Source of the DNA: a virus
Lineage: Duplodnaviria; Heunggongvirae; Uroviricota; Caudoviricetes
Virus record (IMG/VR): IMGVR_UViG_2925908680_000001
DNA length: 64,000 nucleotides
Strand: one strand, 5' to 3'
Positions within the stretch are counted from its first letter, which is position 1; each line of letters opens with the position of its first letter. The notes beneath the pieces were generated by a model that saw only the letters and a list, made by a program, of their open reading frames with translations, did no database searches and was not told the DNA's origin. Shown here in pieces: positions 58,204 to 64,000 of this stretch. The translations under genes were made by a program, and so were the position numbers.

Positions 58204-61200
58204 TTATGGGTGCTGATAAAACGAACAACATAATGACACTATCCTCTGGTGTCTCACAGCCGTTGCTTGCTGATGTTCAATATTTCGAACTCTATAGTAG
58301 TTCGGCTCTTAACAGAAAACTTAAAAATATTGTTTTGCCGGGCTTTTACTGTGGATTTGAACCAGTTCCCGGCACAGGGTTGAGCGTCCGTATAACTTCT
58401 GAAAACTCAGAAGGTAAAGGGGCTGCTTCAGTAGATGTAAATAATGTTCAGATATCCGTTCAGCAAATAGAAGATGTGACTGTCTCGGTAAAGGCTGGGG
58501 CTACCAACATTATTGTGCTAGAAGCCAATTTTGAACATGGTGTAAAAACGACACAGGTAGAGAGCGCATCTTCTGTCAGTGCTGCAAGAATTTACGCGCG
58601 TACGGACAATACTATTGGGCAGAATCAAATTGAATTATGTCGAGTTATCGTGCCTAACGGCGCAACGGCTGTGACGAAAGAAATGATTGTGCTTAAATAC
58701 CGGGTTAACCGTGCTGTTGGTGTCGAATTCTCTAATGAAATAAGCAGTACAGAAGAAAGAAAAGCGGCTACACCTCTGGCTGTCAAAACTCTCCATGATT
58801 TGGTTGATACAAAAGCTCCGCTCGATAGTCCACATCTGTCAGGTACGCCGACTTCGCCGACACCTGAACCCGGTACAAACAACACACAGATCGCAAATGC
58901 GGCCTTTGTCTATGCTGCTATAAATGCGCTTATCAATGGTGCTCCGGGAACGATGGACACGCTGAAAGAAATAGCGGCTGCGATCAATAACGACCCGAAT
59001 TTCAGCACAACTATCAACAATGCCCTGGCTCTTAAAGCTCCTTTGGCAAGCCCGGCGTTCACAGGTACGCCGACAGCACCTACGGCCTCACAAGGCACAA
59101 ATAGCACGCAGATTGCAAATACAGCCTTTGTTAAGGCAGCTATAACGGCACTTATCAACGGTGCACCTGGCACATTGGATACGCTGAAAGAAATAGCGGC
59201 TGCGATCAATAATGACCCGAATTTCAGCACAACTATCAACAATGCCCTGGCTCTTAAAGCTCCTTTGGCAAGCCCGGCGTTCACAGGTACGCCGACAGCA
59301 CCTACGGCCTCACAAGGCACAAATAGCACGCAGATTGCAAATACAGCCTTTGTTAAGGCAGCTATAACGGCACTTATCAACGGTGCACCTGGCACATTGG
59401 ATACGCTGAAAGAAATAGCGGCTGCGATCAATAATGACCCGAATTTCAGCACAACTATCAACAATGCCCTGGCTCTTAAAGCTCCTTTGGCAAGCCCGGC
59501 GTTCACAGGTACGCCGACAGCACCTACGGCCTCACAAGGCACAAATAGCACGCAGATTGCAAATACAGCCTTTGTTAAGGCAGCTATAACGGCACTTATC
59601 AACGGTGCACCTGGCACATTGGATACGCTGAAAGAAATAGCGGCTGCGATCAATAATGACCCGAATTTCAGCACAACTATCAACAATGCCTTGGCTCTCA
59701 AAGCGCCTTTGGCAAGCCCTGCATTAACGGGTGTCCCTACTGCGCCGACCGCCGCACAGGGCACAAATAATACGCAGATAGCTACGACCGCTTATGTAAG
59801 AGCTGCCATATCCGCATTGGTTGGTTCATCACCAGAAGCTCTTGATACCCTGAATGAGCTTGCCGCAGCACTTGGCAATGACCCGAACTTTGCGACAACA
59901 ATGACAAATGCGCTGGCAGGCAAACAGCCTCTGGATGCAACTTTAACCGCGTTTGCTGCCCTTGCGACTGGTGCAAACAAACTGCCTTATTTCACCGGTA
60001 AGGATACGGTAGCGCAGACTGATTTAACGTCAGTCGGTCGCGATATTCTGGCTAAAACAAGCACACTGGCCGTTATCCAATACCTTGGTTTAAGAGAACT
60101 CGGAACAAGCGGTGAAAAGATCCCCCTGTTGAGCACGGCTAACACATGGAGTGCACGCCAGACTTTCAACGGCGGGATCACCGGGGCGCTGACAGGGAAT
60201 GCCGACACCGCGACGAAATTGAAAACAGCCATAAACATTAATGGCGTCAGGTTCGATGGTTCTACGAACATTTCGATACCAACAATTACGTCTAGAGGAC
60301 GCGTTACTGCGCTTACCGGTACAACGCAAGGTGCTGCTACTGGATTGCAGATGTATGAGGCATACAACAATGGCTACCCTTCCCCCTATGGCAATGTGCT
60401 TCACCTTAAAGGTGCCACCGCTGCTGGCGAAGGTGAGTTATTCATTGGCTGGAGTGGCACGAGCGGTGCCCATGCGCCCGTACATATCCGTTCGCGGCGG
60501 GATACTGATTCTGCCAACTGGTCTGAATGGGCGCAGGTCTATACGTCAAAAGATTCAGTTCCCGGCGTCAATGCCAAAGGGGATCAGGATACCTCCGGCA
60601 ATGCTGCTACGGCGACCAGATTGCAGACGGCGCGCACTATTAACGGTGTCTCGTTTGATGGTTCTAAAAACATTGAGCTAACGGCGGAAGATTTAAATCT
60701 TGAGCAAACCGTAGAATTAGCCGCTGGATCATTGCAGAAAAACCAGAACGGCGCAGATATTCCAAACAAAGATAAATTTACGCAAACAATAGGTGCTTGC
60801 CGCTCTTTTCATGGTGCTATTAGCACAGGTGCAGGAAACTGGACGACGGCACAATTGATTGAATGGCTGGATTCTCAAGGGGCATTCAATCACCCATACT
60901 GGATGTGCAAATGTTCATGGTCATACGGCAATAATAAAATTATTACCGATACTGGCTGTGGAACTATTCATCTTGCAGGTTGCGTTATTGAGGTTATGGG
61001 TAATAAAGGTGCCATGACCATCCGTGTAACCACCCCGAGCACTTCCAGCGGTGGCGGAACTACTAATGCACAATTTACTTATATAAACCATGGCGCAGAT
61101 TACGCACCAGGCTGGCGGCGTGACTACAGTACCAAAAATCAGCAGCCTGCATTTGCTTTAGGGCAGACAGGAAGCACAGTTGGAAATGACAAAGCTGTTG

Positions 61201-61646
61201 GATGGAACTCGATTAGCGGGGTTTATAACGCTAATATTGGTGGAGCATCTACGTTGATTCTCCATTTTTATATGGGAGCTGGTAGTTGTCCGGCTGTTCA
61301 GTTCCGCGTGAATTATAAGAACGGCGGTATTTATTATCGTTCTGCGCGTGACGGTTATGGTTTTGAAGCCGACTGGTCGGAATTTTATACTACAACACGT
61401 AAACCATCTGCGGGAGATGTTGGGGCATATACCAAAGCAGAATGTAATTCACGATTTATTACAGGTATTCGATTAGGTACAAAATCGTCTGTGCAAACAT
61501 GGAATGGTCCTGGATGGAACGATAAATCTGGTTATGTTGTTACTGCCTCAATCAACTCAAATAAGGACGAACTTATTGATACAACTCAGGCAAGGCCGGT
61601 GCAGTATTGTATCAATGGTACATGGTATAACGCGGGAAGTATTTAA
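58200..61646 (+). CDS. tail fibre protein (S-like), constant N-terminal part plus variable C-terminal part
   Basis: 1148-aa protein with five 74-residue tandem repeats; C-terminus similar to the inverted alternative gene. Confidence 0.8.
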   Translation: MIMGADKTNNIMTLSSGVSQPLLADVQYFELYSSSALNRKLKNIVLPGFYCGFEPVPGTGLSVRITSENSEGKGAASVDVNNVQISVQQIEDVTVSVKAGATNIIVLEANFEHGVKTTQVESASSVSAARIYARTDNTIGQNQIELCRVIVPNGATAVTKEMIVLKYRVNRAVGVEFSNEISSTEERKAATPLAVKTLHDLVDTKAPLDSPHLSGTPTSPTPEPGTNNTQIANAAFVYAAINALINGAPGTMDTLKEIAAAINNDPNFSTTINNALALKAPLASPAFTGTPTAPTASQGTNSTQIANTAFVKAAITALINGAPGTLDTLKEIAAAINNDPNFSTTINNALALKAPLASPAFTGTPTAPTASQGTNSTQIANTAFVKAAITALINGAPGTLDTLKEIAAAINNDPNFSTTINNALALKAPLASPAFTGTPTAPTASQGTNSTQIANTAFVKAAITALINGAPGTLDTLKEIAAAINNDPNFSTTINNALALKAPLASPALTGVPTAPTAAQGTNNTQIATTAYVRAAISALVGSSPEALDTLNELAAALGNDPNFATTMTNALAGKQPLDATLTAFAALATGANKLPYFTGKDTVAQTDLTSVGRDILAKTSTLAVIQYLGLRELGTSGEKIPLLSTANTWSARQTFNGGITGALTGNADTATKLKTAININGVRFDGSTNISIPTITSRGRVTALTGTTQGAATGLQMYEAYNNGYPSPYGNVLHLKGATAAGEGELFIGWSGTSGAHAPVHIRSRRDTDSANWSEWAQVYTSKDSVPGVNAKGDQDTSGNAATATRLQTARTINGVSFDGSKNIELTAEDLNLEQTVELAAGSLQKNQNGADIPNKDKFTQTIGACRSFHGAISTGAGNWTTAQLIEWLDSQGAFNHPYWMCKCSWSYGNNKIITDTGCGTIHLAGCVIEVMGNKGAMTIRVTTPSTSSGGGTTNAQFTYINHGADYAPGWRRDYSTKNQQPAFALGQTGSTVGNDKAVGWNSISGVYNANIGGASTLILHFYMGAGSCPAVQFRVNYKNGGIYYRSARDGYGFEADWSEFYTTTRKPSAGDVGAYTKAECNSRFITGIRLGTKSSVQTWNGPGWNDKSGYVVTASINSNKDELIDTTQARPVQYCINGTWYNAGSI
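58812..59920. repeat. tandem 222-bp repeats (five copies) inside the tail fibre gene
   Basis: Units begin near 58812, 59034, 59256, 59478 and 59700; the central three are near-identical. Confidence 0.8.
60689..60765. repeat. left inverted repeat of the invertible tail-fibre segment
   Basis: About 77 bp matching the reverse complement of 63924-64000 (two mismatches, one 2-bp indel). Confidence 0.6.
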
Positions 61647-61648
61647 TT

Positions 61649-62182
61649 ATGCAGCATTTAAAAAACATCAGATCAGGTAATCCAAAAACTGTTGAACAAT
61701 ATGAATTGACGCGACAATTTGGTGTTGTCTGGTTGTATTCTGAAGACGGTAAAAACTGGTATGAGGAACAAAAGAACTTCCAGGATGACACTATAAAAAT
61801 TGCTTACACATCAGATGGAATTATTGTGGCTATAAATAAAGACGTATCTACAATAAATCCAGAAGGTTTAAGTGTGGTTGAGGTTGCTGACATTACTGCA
61901 AATCGCCGTGCTGACATTTCTGGTAAATGGATGTTCAAAGATGGCGTAGTGATAAAGCGAACTTATACCGAGGAAGAACAGAGGCAACAAGCTGAAAATG
62001 AAAAGCAAAGCCTATTGCAACTTGTCAGGGATAAAACCCAACTATGGGACTCACAGCTACGGCTGGGCATCATTTCCGATGAGAATAAACAGAAATTAAC
62101 CGCGTGGATGCTATATGCGCAGAAAGTAGAATCTACAGATACCTCCATCCTGCCAGTAACGTTTCCCGAACAACCAGAATGA
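61649..62182 (+). CDS. tail fibre assembly protein (U-like)
   Basis: Tfa-family features; paralogous to the oppositely oriented ORF at 62211-62618. Confidence 0.75.
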   Translation: MQHLKNIRSGNPKTVEQYELTRQFGVVWLYSEDGKNWYEEQKNFQDDTIKIAYTSDGIIVAINKDVSTINPEGLSVVEVADITANRRADISGKWMFKDGVVIKRTYTEEEQRQQAENEKQSLLQLVRDKTQLWDSQLRLGIISDENKQKLTAWMLYAQKVESTDTSILPVTFPEQPE

Positions 62183-62186
62183 GAAA

Positions 62187-62212
62187 AGGCCCGTTATCGG
62201 GCCTTATTTTTT
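62187..62212. terminator. bidirectional rho-independent terminator
   Basis: aggcccg-ttat-cgggcct followed by tatttttt, between convergent U and U'. Confidence 0.65.
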
Positions 62213-62618
62213 ACTCAGGTTTTTGTGGCCATTCTGGCTTTGCCGTATCCACGCGGCTTACAAGAACGCTGTAGCGTTCCCATGCTTCCAGTCGGCTACG
62301 CTCCTCATCTGTTGCCATGTTCAGCCTGACAGCGCGTTCCAGTGGCTGAATAATGCTTTCTGCTTCGGAAAGTAACGCGGCCTTTTGTGATTCGGCCTGT
62401 TGTTGCTGTTCGTCTGCCGTATAAATCCGTTTAACCACAGCTCCGTCCTTAAACATCCACTTACCGGAATCATCGGCCCGACGATTGGCCGTTATATCGG
62501 GAACCTCAACGACGCTAAAACCTTCAGGGTTAAGCGTGGATGCATCTTTGGTGATGGCGACAATAATATTATTTTCATCGTAAACAATCTTTATTGTGTC
62601 TGGCTGAAAGTTTTTCAC
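62211..62618 (-). CDS. alternative tail fibre assembly protein (U'-like)
   Basis: Tfa-family paralog in opposite orientation. Confidence 0.7.
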   Translation of the reverse strand: MKNFQPDTIKIVYDENNIIVAITKDASTLNPEGFSVVEVPDITANRRADDSGKWMFKDGAVVKRIYTADEQQQQAESQKAALLSEAESIIQPLERAVRLNMATDEERSRLEAWERYSVLVSRVDTAKPEWPQKPE

Positions 62619-62740
62619 TTCCTCATACCAGTTTTTTTTCGTCCTCAGAGTAAAGCCAGATGACTCCGTGCTTCTTTGTTAACTCATACTGCTCCACTGT
62701 TTTAGCATTACCAGCTTTTATGTTCTTTAAGTGCATCATA

Positions 62741-63955
62741 TTAAACGCTCGCTACATTATACCAGGTGCCATTTATATACTTTTGAACGGGTCTGTAATA
62801 AACACCAGCAATATTATCGGCGGAGTTGGAACCTGTATCCTGAACATTTATACCAGACAATACATGACCTGAAGGACACTGGAAATTCCATGTTTGCCAG
62901 TTGTTTACACCATAATATTGCTGTGAGCCAAGCCGAACATCCTTTACATATCGGGAATCAATGTTACCCCAGTTGCTTGGTTGTATCTGACCGTTTACAG
63001 CAAATGTCACCGAGTTATCTGTATTTCGCTGACTATAGAAATGCCAGCCTGAATCATCACCAAGCTCTGCAACAGTTGGTCTTGACGAATTTCCCCACAA
63101 GTTAAATGATGCATTACGGGCAGCTGTATTTGAGCTTGAAAGTGTGAATAACTTACTTTCCCCAGTCTGAATACCCTTTAATGATATTGCTGAACCATTT
63201 CTAAAGCGGAATACATGCACACCATTAGCATAAGCATCCAGCACCCCATCACCATTTTGTTTAAACCCGGTATCGTTATCTCCTAAAACTATTGAATTGC
63301 CACCCAGGGCATTAGCCGTTCCAATCCCCAGATTTCCGCTAAAAATGGCATTAATACCGAATATTGAGTGAGAACAATAAAACCCTCGCCCATTGTTAAA
63401 ATCAAGAATAGCTTGTGCGTTCGTGCTTTCTGTCGCGGGATTAGTTGCTCCCCACTTATATGTTGTTTGACCGACGGTATAATCCTGAGTTGGAACAATA
63501 ACCGTTAGCCCTTCTTCAGCAGAAACCCGCACAGGAAAAGCCCTGCCTTCAACGTAAAAAACGCTGCATACATCATCTTCTTTAAGGCTTGTTACAATGG
63601 AATGGATTGCGCGCTCATTAGTCTGATACGTCGAAAAATAACCTGCCGCATATGAACCACGATCAGTCCAGCCACCAGGCATTACCATTCCATTGAATTC
63701 GCAGTTATTCATTTCGTAATTACCACCGGCAGATGTGGTCGTTATAATCACTCTGGAAGCCAGCTCGCCAGTGCTGCCTGTGGAACGCCGGAAAATAACT
63801 GGATACCACTTTCCACCAACTGCATTAGACGGCGCATTAAATGCGTACTGCCGCATTCCTTTTTTCTTATCCACTTCGCCTTTGCTGTAAACATTAATGT
63901 TACTCAGGAAGCGATCTTTATCAGGAATATCCGCGCCGTTCTGGTTTTTTTGCAA
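62741..63955 (-). CDS. alternative tail fibre variable segment (S'v-like)
   Basis: N-terminus ([10 protein letters not shown]) identical to the junction residues in S; C-terminus similar to the S C-terminus. Confidence 0.75.
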   Translation of the reverse strand: MQKNQNGADIPDKDRFLSNINVYSKGEVDKKKGMRQYAFNAPSNAVGGKWYPVIFRRSTGSTGELASRVIITTTSAGGNYEMNNCEFNGMVMPGGWTDRGSYAAGYFSTYQTNERAIHSIVTSLKEDDVCSVFYVEGRAFPVRVSAEEGLTVIVPTQDYTVGQTTYKWGATNPATESTNAQAILDFNNGRGFYCSHSIFGINAIFSGNLGIGTANALGGNSIVLGDNDTGFKQNGDGVLDAYANGVHVFRFRNGSAISLKGIQTGESKLFTLSSSNTAARNASFNLWGNSSRPTVAELGDDSGWHFYSQRNTDNSVTFAVNGQIQPSNWGNIDSRYVKDVRLGSQQYYGVNNWQTWNFQCPSGHVLSGINVQDTGSNSADNIAGVYYRPVQKYINGTWYNVASV

Positions 63956-64000
63956 TGATCCAGCGGCTAATTCCTTACGGTTTGCTCAAGATTTAAATCT
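63924..64000. repeat. right inverted repeat of the invertible tail-fibre segment (cut by window end)
   Basis: Reverse complement matches 60689-60765. Confidence 0.6.

Larger units (their letters stand above)
1..64000. mobile_element. P1/D6-family phage-plasmid (plasmid prophage) segment
   Basis: Co-occurrence of Cre-family recombinase with rox-type site, phd-doc, humD, icd-ant modules, iteron-regulated repA, partition loci, myovirus tail genes and an invertible tail-fibre segment. Confidence 0.8.

Noticed and set aside
58910-59764. 284-aa minus-strand ORF across the tail-fibre repeats
   Set aside because: An artefact of the tandem 222-bp repeats keeping an antisense frame open; the translation is itself repetitive.

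Overview
The window reads as one contiguous segment of a P1-family phage-plasmid (plasmid prophage), closest in its hallmark genes to the D6 lineage: it has a Dre-like Cre-family recombinase with a rox-type site rather than Cre/loxP. All calls are from reading the six-frame translations and the DNA by eye; no database search was run. Recognisable content, left to right: 3' end of a PacB-like large terminase; an orphan 345-aa gene; rox-like site plus dre; dUTPase; phd-doc; humD with a LexA box; a long minus-strand block of small accessory genes (Ead/Ea22-like mosaics, Ser/Thr phosphatase, Toprim-like, ClpX zinc-finger-like, nucleoside deoxyribosyltransferase-like); a Ref-like HNH nuclease; two divergent icd-ant (immI-like) modules about 18.7 kb apart; higBA; baseplate-like genes; rdgC; Dcm-like and Dam methyltransferases; a near-identical copy of enterobacterial glnS; two adjacent partition systems (ParA/ParG-like and ParM/ParR) with centromere-like repeats; a PAAR-like protein; Rz/Rz1 spanins; capsid-like and sheath/tube genes; an iteron-flanked repA replicon with a DnaA box; tape-measure/Sit-like protein; baseplate genes; and a tail-fibre locus with an invertible-segment layout (S-U / U'-S'). 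No tRNA, rRNA, CRISPR array or IS element was seen. I could not identify a single clearly novel system; the most unusual items are the glnS capture, the ClpX zinc-finger-like protein, the Toprim-like protein, the duplicated immI modules and the replicon embedded in the tail cluster.
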